A stretch of DNA of 60,698 nucleotides from Octopus bimaculoides (lineage: Eukaryota): positions 53,383,433-53,444,130 of the forward strand of contig NC_068981.1 in assembly GCF_001194135.2 (NCBI RefSeq), in the 5' to 3' direction. The notes beneath the pieces are model-generated. The model did not search any database. It was given only the letters and a program-made list of their open reading frames with translations, and was not told where the DNA came from. Positions 1 to 11,500 of the stretch are shown here, one piece after another (within the stretch, counting starts at the first letter, position 1; each line of letters opens with the position of its first letter). Both the position numbers and the translations under genes were made by a program.

Positions 1-132
1 GAAAACAAACGGAAAAGAAAACAAGACAGGAAAACAAACGGAAAAGAAAGCAAGACAGGAAAACAAACGGAAAAGAAAACAAGACAGGAAAACAAACGGA
101 AAAGAAAACAAGACAGGAAAACAAACGGAAAA
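1..132. repeat. 29-bp minisatellite GAAAACAAACGGAAAAGAAAACAAGACAG x ~4.5 (may continue off-window)
   Basis: Units start at 1, 30, 59, 88 and 117. Confidence 0.95.
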
Positions 133-360
133 GGCTATACGGCCAGACGTGAAAAATTATGTGTATGTGGAACGCTGTGAATCAACGAACTGGAAGCAGG
201 ACAGTAGTTCGCGTGTTTGCTTGGCGATAGCCAAGGAAGAAAAGAATTAGTACGTGGACACATGTGACCACGAGGGGTAAGGAAGAGAGAGTGGTAGAGG
301 GAGAAACAAGGGGAAGAAGTAGAGAATAGGTGAGCAACGAGAAAAAGAGAGAAATATAAT

Positions 361-1675
361 ATTCATCATCATCGTTGTTTAACATCCGCTTTCCATGCTA
401 GCATGGGTTGGACGATTTGACTGAGGACTGGTGGACCAGGTGGCTACACCAGGCTCCTATCTGATTTGGCAGAGTTTCTACAGCTGGATGCCCTTCCTAA
501 CGCCAACCACTCCGAGAGTGGAGTGGGTGCTTTTACATGCCACTGGCATGAAGGCCAGTCAGGCGGTACTGGCAAAGGCCACGCTTGAAATGGTGTATTT
601 TACGTGCCACTTGCACAAGAGAGAGTCCATCGGCACTGGCAATGATCTCACTTGAATGTCTTACTGGCAACGGCCATGCTCGAAATGGTGTATTTTACGT
701 GTCACCTGCACAGGAGCCAGTCCATCGGCACTGGGAACGATCTCGCTCGAATGTCTTTTCACGTGCCAGGAAGGCGACGTTGGTAATGATCACGCTGGTG
801 CTATTTACGTGCCACTGGCACGGAAGTCAGACAGCTGCTCTGGCAACGATCACGCTCGGACAGTACTCTTAGTAATCTACTGGTACANNNNNNNNNNNNN
901 NNNNNNNNNNNNNNNNNNNNNNNNNNNNNNNNNNNNNNNNNNNNNNNNNNNNNNNNNNNNNNNNNNNNNNNNNNNNNNNNNNNNNNNNNNNNNNNNNNNN
1001 NNNNNNNNNNNNNNNNNNNNNNNNNNNNNNNNNNNNNNNNNNNNNNNNNNNNNNNNNNNNNNNNNNNNNNNNNNNNNNNNNNNNNNNNNNNNNNNNNNNN
1101 NNNNNNNNNNNNNNNNNNNNNNNNNNNNNNNNNNNNNNNNNNNNNNNNNNNNNNNNNNNNNNNNNNNNNNNNNNNNNNNNNNNNNNNNNNNNNNNNNNNN
1201 NNNNNNNNNNNNNNNNNNNNNNNNNNNNNNNNNNNNNNNNNNNNNNNNNNNNNNNNNNNNNNNNNNNNNNNNNNNNNNNNNNNNNNNNNNNNNNNNNNNN
1301 NNNNNNNNNNNNNNNNNNNNNNNNNNNNNNNNNNNNNNNNNNNNNNNNNNNNNNNNNNNNNNNNNNNNNNNNNNNNNNNNNNAGGGTGTGGCACTTTTTC
1401 ACACAGCTATCTTCATCCATTCTCACCACATGTCCATACCAGCACAATCGTCTTTCTTGCACACCACAACTGATGCTTCTTAGGTTCAACTTTTCTCTCA
1501 AGGTACTTACACTCTGTTGGGTATGCACACTGACATTACTCATCCATCGGAGTATACTGGCTTCATTCCTGCGAGCTTATGCATGTCCTCAGCAGTCACG
1601 GCCCATGTTTCACTGCCATGTAGCATGGCTGTTTGTACACATGCGTCATACAGTCTGCCTTTTACTCTGAGTGAG
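361..1675 (-). mobile_element. RTE-clade LINE 3' portion (RT C-terminus, 3' UTR, (GAT)n tail), interrupted by an N gap
   Basis: Minus-strand peptide [37 protein letters not shown]; tail catcatcatc at 363; terminal palindrome at 393-406. Confidence 0.9.
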
Positions 1676-2364
1676 TATTTGTCCTCTCTGTGTTCAACCC
1701 TGTGTGGCCAATAAAGAAAGTTATCTATCTGTCTATCTATCTATCTATCTATCACTACCTCTGTTGGCATCAGTTAGACAGTTCTCATGGTCTGAGTTTT
1801 TATTCAGAATTACTGCATCCTTAGATGTGTTAGGAAGCTATGTTTTACTTGTATATTCAAATTTTTGGCTTGGTTTATATATCTGGATGTCCTTATCCCC
1901 AACCACTTGGTAAAGGGTACTGGTTGGTACCTGTGCTAGAAAGGTCGCCATGTCCATAACAAGACTAAAATTTTTTTGTACGATATGTTTTCCATGTTCA
2001 TTTTCCAACCACTTTAAAGAATGTTGAAGAATTATATCATGGCACCAGGACTAGAGTGATTGCTTTTGTTTCTGGCAAGAGTTTAACATCATTACTATAA
2101 TGGCTCATGAGAATGCCAGATGTGTTTCACCCTTCTTGGGAGTTTGTCAATGCTGTGCACTCGTTTGTCACTTGCTTATATGAAATTCGTGCTTTGGTGT
2201 ATATAGAGATTTTCCCCTCTTCCTACAGTGTATATACATTTAACATGATACACCAGTGATGATTTTAATTTAAAGCTATCTCAGTTGCATTTATCCAATC
2301 CAATTTCTTTTACATCCTGGTCAGCTTTTTGCAATATCAGTGAATGTCTTATCTATTGTTTTCT

Positions 2365-2565
2365 ATCATCATCAGCATTTAATGTCCATTTTCCATGCTG
2401 GCATGGGTTGGACAGTTTGACACGGGGCTAGCTGTTCAATTTCCAACTGTTTGTTATGGCAAGCTTTCTATATTTATGGATTGTGCTGGGTGCTTTATGT
2501 GTATCACTGACATGGGTGTGTTTATGCAACACTGGCATGAGTGCATTTTATGTGGCACCAGAACC
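2365..2565 (-). mobile_element. Degenerate RTE 3' tail fragment
   Basis: catcatc...ttccatgctggcatgggttggac followed by degenerate ttttacgtg modules. Confidence 0.75.
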
Positions 2566-2573
2566 TATAAAGG

Positions 2574-2684
2574 TTGTGTTTAAATGATTTAAGAGGAAAA
2601 CTGGGTATAAGAGACATCAGATATTGCATGCAAGACAGAAGACTGTGCTGGTTTGGTCATGTGATGTATATGGATGAGGACAGC
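2574..2684 (+). mobile_element. RTE RT C-terminal fragment
   Basis: LRGKLGIRDIRYCMQDRRLCWFGHVMYMDEDS. Confidence 0.8.
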
Positions 2685-2799
2685 TATATATATATATATN
2701 NNNNNNNNNNNNNNNNNNNNNNNNNNNNNNNNNNNNNNNNNNNNNNNNNNNNNNNNNNNNNNNNNNNNNNNNNNNNNNNNNNNNNNNNNNNNNNNNNNN

Positions 2800-3360
2800 G
2801 CTAGGTCGACTCTAAGGCCCTTCGATTCTAATCCTTGCTTCCACACCTGCTATTTTTCTAGTTCTGATAGTGACTCAGCAATTAGAGCAAGGTCATCAGC
2901 ATAGAGGAGCTCCTAGGGGCATCCTGTTTTGAATTCCTGTGTTATTGCCTGGAGGACTATGATAAATAGGAGGGTCTGAGGACTGAACCTTGGTGGACCC
3001 CTACCTCTACCTTGAATTCTTCACTGTACTTGTTGCCAACCCTCACCTTACTGACAGCGTCCCTATACATGGCTCGCACAGCTCTCACTAACTATTCATC
3101 TATCCCTAGTTTCCTCATTGACCACCAGATAAGGGGATCGGGGGACCCTGTCAAAGGCTTTCTCCATGTCAACGAAAGCCAGGTACAGAGGTTTATCTTT
3201 GGTTAGGTATTTCTCCTGCAGCTGTCTTACCAGAAATGTAGCATCAGTGGTGCTTTTCCCTGGCACAAACCCAAACTGCATCTCATCTAAACTGACTCTC
3301 TCCCTAATTAGTTGGGCTATGACCTTCTCCGTGACCTTCATTACCTGATCGAACAACTTG
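2800..3360 (-). mobile_element. RTE reverse transcriptase core fragment (pseudogenised)
   Basis: DQVMKVTEKVIAQLIRERVSLDEMQFGFVPGKSTTDATFLVRQLQEKYLTKDKPLYLAFVDMEKAFDRVPR; downstream ELLYADDL and WKQGLESKGLRV. Confidence 0.92.
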
Positions 3361-3650
3361 ATACATCTGTAATTATTTGTATCTATACATTATAAATTGT
3401 TTCATTCAGTTGTCCTACATTTTCTCATCATTGTATATGTAGTTATTTATGAAATATGTAGTTATTTATTAAAAAAAAAAGAAAAGAAAAAGATTAATAT
3501 ATTTCTACTTGACATATTGCACTTCTGTGGATGAATTTTCAGATTCTAGATTTTTAATTTTTGAATTTGTAAAACTTAAACAATTCATATTTTTTTTAGG
3601 AATATGAAAATTGGTCTAAAATTTTATTTTAAATGTTTTTCTATTTTCAG

Positions 3651-3802
3651 TGATATGGTTAGATGGTTCTGTTCCAGTAAAGTATGGTCTTAGACTTAAC
3701 ATGGATGAAAAATATAAAACTTTAAAGAAAGAACTTAGTAAACTCACTGACATTGCTGCAAACCAAATCCTTTTTGTAGAAATATTTGGCTCAATTGTAA
3801 AG
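3651..3802 (+). CDS. USP32: USP32 exon ([21 protein letters not shown]...FGSIVK)
   Basis: Acceptor ttttcag|TG at 3650/3651, donor AAG|gtaagt at 3802/3803. Confidence 0.95.
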
Positions 3803-6800
3803 GTAAGTTTTGATATCATCGACAGTAATTTTAATTGAGTAAGAGTAGTTAGGCATCAGAGGCTTCATTTATGTAAGACATATAATGTAAATGGATGAAT
3901 TATGTTAGGTGAAAACTTGCAATGAATTAATAGCCTGGTAGATATAAACCAAAGAAAATATGGTAGCAAATGTTAAGGCCATTTCGGAGAATACTGGACC
4001 TGAAAATGACATATGTTATGAAAGTGTCTGACAAGATGCTGTATTGCTTCCGAGTCCAATATATTTTAATATGGAAGAAGAAAAGAAAAGGATGAAGAGA
4101 AATGTTGATTAATGAATAAGCTAAACAAATCAGGATAACATTAGAGTTGCAGGCATAACTGTGTGGTTGAGAAGTTCACTTCCCAACTCCATGATTTGGA
4201 GTTCAGTTGAATTGCATGGCACTATGGACAAGTGTCCTCTATTATAGCTCCAGGCTGACCAAAGCCTTGTGAGTGGATCTGGAAGACAGAAACTGAAAGA
4301 AGTCCTTTGTGTATGAATATATGTGTGTTCATGCATACTCATATGTGTGTCTGTGCATTTGTTTATATTTGCATTTCTTCTGAAATCATGACTTGAAAAC
4401 AGAAGAATTAAGGCTGTAAAGTAATGAAACAGTAATGTATTCATCTAACCCATGCTAGCATGGAAAAATGGATGTAAAAGCAAATGAATTACTATCATCT
4501 TGGCATACTAAATGTTTGTTATCTTATTTTATATTTTGAATTGTTTTTGAAGGGGATACTCCACTCAGAAAAGTTTATTCTAATTTAGTAAAAATTAAAA
4601 CATTTGAGAATGTATATGCTTTTAAGATTTTAGAATTTTATAAAAATAACTTTTCTTATTTTCTTGTTTTGCTTTTGGGAAACGATAAAATAGATTGTGA
4701 TTGATATTCTTTCTGGAAAGTAAAAAAGCATTACAGAAAAATTGCAACAAATGACTATTTTCAATAATGTTTTTGCATATAAATACTTATTTTGAAAATG
4801 AATTTCATCGTAAAATAGTGTATTTTTAAACTAGAGTAACCAAGTTATAGATATTCCAGTTGTATAAAGATATTGTTTTACTTTTTCTTGTATTGTAGAC
4901 GCTACCTCAAGATAATCAAAAAGTTCGAACTCTACTTGGAGGAAGTCTATATGCTTATGAGTTACCTCCTCCTGCCTCAAATAGTGACACTGATATTGGT
5001 TCAACAGATTCATCAATTGCAATTATTACAGCTTCTGTCAGCACTACAACTAATTCTACAGCAATTCCAACAACAGCTGGGAAAGAATGTATTGGGTTAA
5101 GTGAAATACAAAGGGGATTATCAACAAGTGAGTCCTTTTAAATTTGTTTTATTAAACATTTTCAATGAGAATAAAAAGCAAGACAGTTTTTCACTCTTGT
5201 ACAATCTTTTTATTTACCCTACAGGAAGAAGTCCATATCACAGTGTAAACAAGAATGGATCAAATTCTGGCTCACTTCCTCAAAACAATAGTTGGGACTC
5301 CCCATCTCAAAATTCAGACTTTTCTTCTCATTCCTGCCTGACTAATGGTAATTCTGGAAGCAGTAATGGCCATTCACGGAATCCAAGTAATGCCAGTTCT
5401 TGTAGTAGCTCACTAAGTGACAGTTTAACACGATCTGTTGGTGATGTTTTCAAAGGATTTATTATTGCAGTTCATAGGAAGATGGTAAGTCTTTGTGACA
5501 AACTGTAATTTCAAATATTGTAATGTTTAAATTTCATTGCGTGTGTGTTTGTGTGTGTGCACGCGCACTTGCATTTCACATTAGGAATGTAAATTTCAAA
5601 TACCTAGATGTGTGATGCCAGTTGCCATAATCATAAATAATTCTTGCCCCCTTGAAATTGAGTACTGTTTTTGAACTTCTCTCCTGTGCATACAAATACA
5701 CACATACATGTATATGTATATATGAATGTATATTTTGGCATCATCATTATCATGTTTTTTAAAGCCTTTCGACTTTTAATTTAGAAACAAAAATAGTTTT
5801 TGCATCAAAATTATTTTTATACATACTTTCATGCATATTTGTTAGAAGATTTCAAAGCAAAGCTGTCATATGGATTTCAACCATGATATTCTTATAATTA
5901 AACATACATTTTACCTCATACAGGAAAATTAAAATACAATGAAACCAAAATATCTAAGTAATGATAAAAGGTAATTTTCAACTATGAGAGAATAAGTGTG
6001 AGAAAATTTAATTGGTTAAAGTGTGTTTGAAACGATATGGGTTCTAATAGCATTTTACTAATGAAGAGATATGATGCTAACATGTAGCTACCAGATAATG
6101 CATGTGTTGATATGCCACTTTGTATTGTCCTGCAAAATCATATTATTGATTGGTGGGAGACAAATCAAACCTAGTATTTCAGCTTCTCAACACTTTTCCA
6201 AATATTCTGTAGCATTTCAAATAACTATCTCCTGTCTTATCTCTTTTATTAGTTATAGACTCTTGTTACTCTGCTTCACAAAATGACATATCCATATCTT
6301 TTAGCTTTACAAACTGGGATGCCCACATCACTTCAGATATACTTCTGTCTGTTGATAGCTTGATCCATCTTCTTGATTAATAGTTTGAAGCCATCCTCCC
6401 AGCCTAACAGCATGGAACATTCACAAACTCCCTACTTTTTGATTTGTCTCCTTACCTAGTAGATTGATTGTCTAGTTTAGCTGTGCTTCTGTCTTATGTA
6501 CCTTGCAACCTTCCTTTACTCATTGCCTGACTGAGCCACTACTTAAAATAACATCCAGCTCATTCTAGAGAAGCATAAAAACCTCACCACACAGGAATAG
6601 TTGCAATGCCAGTAGTCTCATTGCATGCCACCTATGATATATGCAAAGGAACAGCAACTGTAGTGCTTTGACAATTACTTACCTCTGTTGTGACTATCTA
6701 CAGAATCTACTTATATTCGGAAATACAATGGACAATGGAGAGAGTGTAACATATCCAGTCTGTCACACTGCATCTGTGGGAGGATTCATCTCTATATATT

Positions 6801-8505
6801 TAGGTGTGAAATATGGCATTCAACTTAACTGAGAAATGATATAACATTGAAGATGGATATATGGGTTGTGCCTTGTCATTCATTAGATTGACTGTTTGTC
6901 ATGGAAGTACTCAATCAAAGCTGATCCGGTTTACTCAAGTGCAACAATCGAAAAGATAATGAAGAGGTAACTGGGAACACAACCAGTCCCTAAAAATAAT
7001 AGACTAACTTAACAGATTTAAGTAAACTTGGATTCAATTCAAACCTAGTTAGGACATTTATGTTACCTCTATATTTTATGTATACCTCTGTGTGTGAGTG
7101 TAGTATACATTTAAAAAAACATTCAGATTTTCCTAATGTTTTTACTGTATAAAATGTCATTCTTCAAAAAAGTAATATTCTCAACAAAACTTGAAATACT
7201 TATTGGCTTTATATGTTGTATAAAAGCTCTCAAATCAGCTTTTAGTGTAAGGATTTGGTATATTTGCCTAAAATACATTATTGATGCCTTGCATATTGGT
7301 GAGAAAGGAGCTTTTTTTCATTTTTAGATCCATGTGGATGACTATTTCTTGTCATCTCAGAAAGCCCATCCAGATCTGTTTGGTACACCTTTAATTTTAC
7401 CATGTCAAGAAAGCACATCTAATCAGAATCTTTACCAATTTGTCTGGACTCAAGTGGCCCGCTTAGTGAGCCCACTACCACCATCAGAAGCTAAGATTCC
7501 GAATCATGCACAAGACTGGTTTGTATTTTTATTTTTCTCTATCTTAAGTTGTATATTTTCCATTTGATGATAGAATTTGTCAGTATGCTTCTACACCATC
7601 CAACTTATATAGGAAACTAATGCTTTTAAGTTTGGTACCGGCTTTAATATATCTATAATTTTAGTGAGTTTTTGTTTATTGCTAAATATGCTATTTGGAT
7701 TATATAAAATATATAGACACCATGTATAAAACTTAATGTGATAAGGTTAAGATACTAAGGCTATTCCATACTATTTCTGTTGCATCCCCGAGCAAGCCAC
7801 CTCACTTCAGCTTTACTTTTCATTTTCACAGTAGCAGGAAAAAATGCATGTGTGTAACTTACTGAAATCTATTCTGTTTATACTGTACAAAATTGATATT
7901 ATGATTATATTTAGATGAAAGTGGTAGTTTTGTATCAATGAATCAAACCTAATGAACTAGGTTTCTGTAAAAAGCTGCATGGAGCTGAATCAAACTGTTT
8001 TAGATAATATCTATAACTCCTACTCAATGTGTTGAGTGCCTCTTTCGTTTGTCTGTCCACACATCTGTAAAAGTGCCCATGTGGCGTCATGTAAAAGCAC
8101 CTGTGCAGTGCCATGTAAAAGAGCCCGTGCAGCACCATGTAAAAGTGCCCATGTCATGTCACGTAAAAGCACCCAGCATGCTCTGTAAAGTGGTTGGCAT
8201 TAGGAAGGGCATCCAGCCATAAAAGTCATGCCAAATCAGGCTGGAGTCTGATGCAGTTCCCTAGCTTGCCAGCTCTGACCAAACTGTCCAACCCATGCCA
8301 GTATGGACAGTGGATGTTAAATGATGATATATATATAAATCATCATCATCATCATCATCATCGTTTAACGTCCGCTTTCCATGCTAGCATGGGTTGGACG
8401 ATTTGACTGAGGACTGGTGAAACCGGATGGCAACACCAGGCTCCAATCTAAATTTGGCAGAGTTTCTACAGCTGGATGCCCTTCCTAACGCCAACCACTC
8501 AGAGA

Positions 8506-8550
<45 letters not shown>

Positions 8551-11500
8551 CACATACACATACACACATACACAAGTGGTATTATATTAAATGACAACTT
8601 TTTAAAAATTTCAATTTATTATATCCTGCACATTAATTTCTAAATGGAAAATATTTTGTGGTTTTAAATCAGAAACAACATTTGCTACAGGGAAAATTAC
8701 TAAATTATCAATTACTTTTTAGTGATGACAGTCTTGGCTATGAATATCCATTTACACTTAAAGTGGTTCAGAAAGATGGTTTTGCCTGTGCCTGGTGTCC
8801 TTGGTACAAGTAAGTAACCTTGTTCAGATACTAAATTTTATTGATGTCAGAAATTCTAAAATAATTTTGTATTGCATTTTAATCAATCAAAAAGTACTGT
8901 TAATTCATAACCTTTAGCAACATTCTTTTTGTTCCAAATTTACTTTATTTATTGGCTACATGTATATAAGCTTTGTAATAAAATAACTTTTGCTGTATTG
9001 GTGTAGCACAGTAGCTAGTGTTAACATATCTGATGGAGTGAGCATTAAAAATGTATTAGAAATAATTATGCAGTGAAGAAAACCATTATTAAACAATAAC
9101 TAATATTATTTTAGTTTTCCTACAAGTCTTATTCTTACCTCACCAATGAAATGTACCTTCATTAAATGTGTTGAAGTAGTGATGTACGAATGAAAACTTG
9201 AATTGCTTGTCCAATATACTGTGGTCAATTCATTTTGAATTACCTCTAGATAATCAATTTTTGCTTTAAACTTTAACATATATCTCAATTTATGTTAATA
9301 AGTACAATTTAACTTTATCTTTTGACTTTATTTTAAATCACAGATTTAACAAATATTGTTGCTTTAAAAATATTTCATTATAAACTTGTTAACATTTTTT
9401 AATGCTTTGATATTGCATATCGTTGAATAATTATTATTTGAAAATATGTCATTGATATTGTCAATGAATGTTCTTTCTGCTATAGGTTCTGCCGAGGCTG
9501 TGTAATTGATTGTAATACAAACGTATTTAACTTTGGTAGCTCATTTGTGGCTATTGACTGGGAACCTACAGCTTTGCATCTGCGATACCAAACAAGCAAT
9601 GAGAAGGTAAATAAATCGAAATAAACTACTTTTAGTTACTTAAGGTCTTCTATGCAATTGTAATCACTTTTGTTCTACTTATTCAATGTTTTCAATTAAT
9701 ATTTATGTCTATCAAATTGTTCAGTCTTTTGTTGTAAAATTTTATTTGATATTATTTAAATCATTAACAAATAAAGTCAATCACTACATCAAAGTGACTG
9801 TTCCATGTTACTACTACTTTAACCCCAGGCAGATCATCCGCCAACTGGTTATCAACCTGCCTGGGGTTAAACTAGTAGTAACATAGAACAGTCACTTTGA
9901 TGTAGTGATTGACCTGTTAGTATAGTTATTACTCTGACCCATTTTTGAGATTTTACAACTAGCTATTTTGCTTATTTAAATCATTGTTCTCTGAACATGT
10001 ATGTAAACTGATTTATACACTTTCAAGCCTTTTCACCATTTTGTGTTCTGAAGTAAAACTAAAAACCACTCGAGATACAAAGATTGCAACAAAATTATTA
10101 CTCTTGGTTTAACATTGGTTTTCCCACAACAATGTGCTTTTGTTTTTCTGTCTTACAAAATGTCATCTCTGAGACTTGTTTGTTGGGTCTGATCTAGCTC
10201 ATTCTAAGTTGTACTTGGTTCCTGTTCTCTGTATTATCTGCTTTCATTTCAAGTTTTACGCATTTCATGTTGCACATCTAACAAATCACTCTCAGTTCTT
10301 TCCAGCCTCTCTGTTTATCTTACACATTTAGAAGCAAATTATTTACTTCTGGTGAATTATTATCAATGCACTTGACACTTTTTTAAAGTTAATCTTCATT
10401 AACTTGCCTGATTTACAATTTCCTCTCTTGTGATCTCATTAGTTGCATTATCTAGATAATATTGAGCACCTCCCCATCAGTGTAATGAAGGTGTACAGGT
10501 ACCTTTTCTAGCTTTCCTATGCAACTGAATCAACTCTCTAATATGTTTCCCTAAACTTCCATATTGAGTCTGATATAGAGCCAATTTGTTTGCATGTACA
10601 TATACCTGAGACAGCAAATCTTAAATTCTTTTGAGAGAATTCCACTAAAGGATAAATAAAAATTATTGAAGGCTGATAACTCACTAAAACCTTAATTCAT
10701 TATTTTGTGCATGATGAAATTATTTGCAATATTTACAGATATAGATTACTTTGAAAAATATTTAAAATCTGTTATTGCAAATTGTTGAATACATCTTATA
10801 TTTCAAATCAAAATATGATTTTAGTTAAAAATGAGCAAAACATGTTCTCAAATTTTTTTGTTTCCTTTCCTATTTATTAGTTTATTCAAGAGCATCGTAG
10901 TGTAGAGGAAAGTCGCAGACTACAAACAGAACCCATTGATCTTGACACGTGCCTTCAAGCATTTACTAAAGAAGAAGAGCTTGGGGAAGATGAACTCTAC
11001 TGCTGCTCCAAATGCAATAAACACTGTTTAGCATCAAAAAAGCTTGACATTTGGCGATTACCACCTATTTTAGTAAGTAAAAGTTTGAATAAGTGATTAA
11101 TTTCTCCAGTATATTTTATGTCTTCAAATTCATTTCCTGAGCTTATTACTTAATTCCACCAAATTTTTGAATATCAAACATAATTTCTGAAATTTTCGGA
11201 GTATGAAATTCTGTGAAAATAATTACTTCTCTAATTACTGTGATTATTCATTAGTTGAATTTATGTTGAATTTAATTTAGTGTAATTCATTATTGAGTTG
11301 AGATAGTTTGTATTACTATTGCATGCCTATTAATTCAAATGTTGACATCTCTTTTATTAAAATATTATGTCTGTCAAATACTGGTATCATGGACAAGACA
11401 AAATAACAGTTAAACATTTCTAATTTTATTTCTATATTACTCCTTGCTATTCATGAATTCTATCATTTTATTGTCATTACTTACTACCCTAAATAATTAT

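Noticed and set aside
525-870. Palindromic repeat with variable spacers resembling a CRISPR array (also 8062-8180 and 32390-32520)
   Set aside because: Repeats are degenerate, spacers are partly homologous to each other, the arrays lie in RTE LINE 3' UTRs in an intron-containing eukaryotic locus, and there are no cas genes.
656-1543. Long ORFs spanning N runs (also 44025-44599, 45253-46377, 47571-48105, 48761-49822, 56877-57344, 57712-58122)
   Set aside because: Artefacts of translating assembly gaps as X.
1-3650. An additional upstream USP32 exon (expected ...LSLPLPM...) within the window
   Set aside because: No matching peptide found; the region is TE-filled intron, so the preceding exon lies before position 1 or, less likely, in a gap.
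8407-8440. CTGAGGA-CTGGT-GAAACC hammerhead-like core in young RTE tails
   Set aside because: Stem II cannot close, there is no U-H cleavage triplet after stem III, stem I does not pair, and it is antisense to the element.
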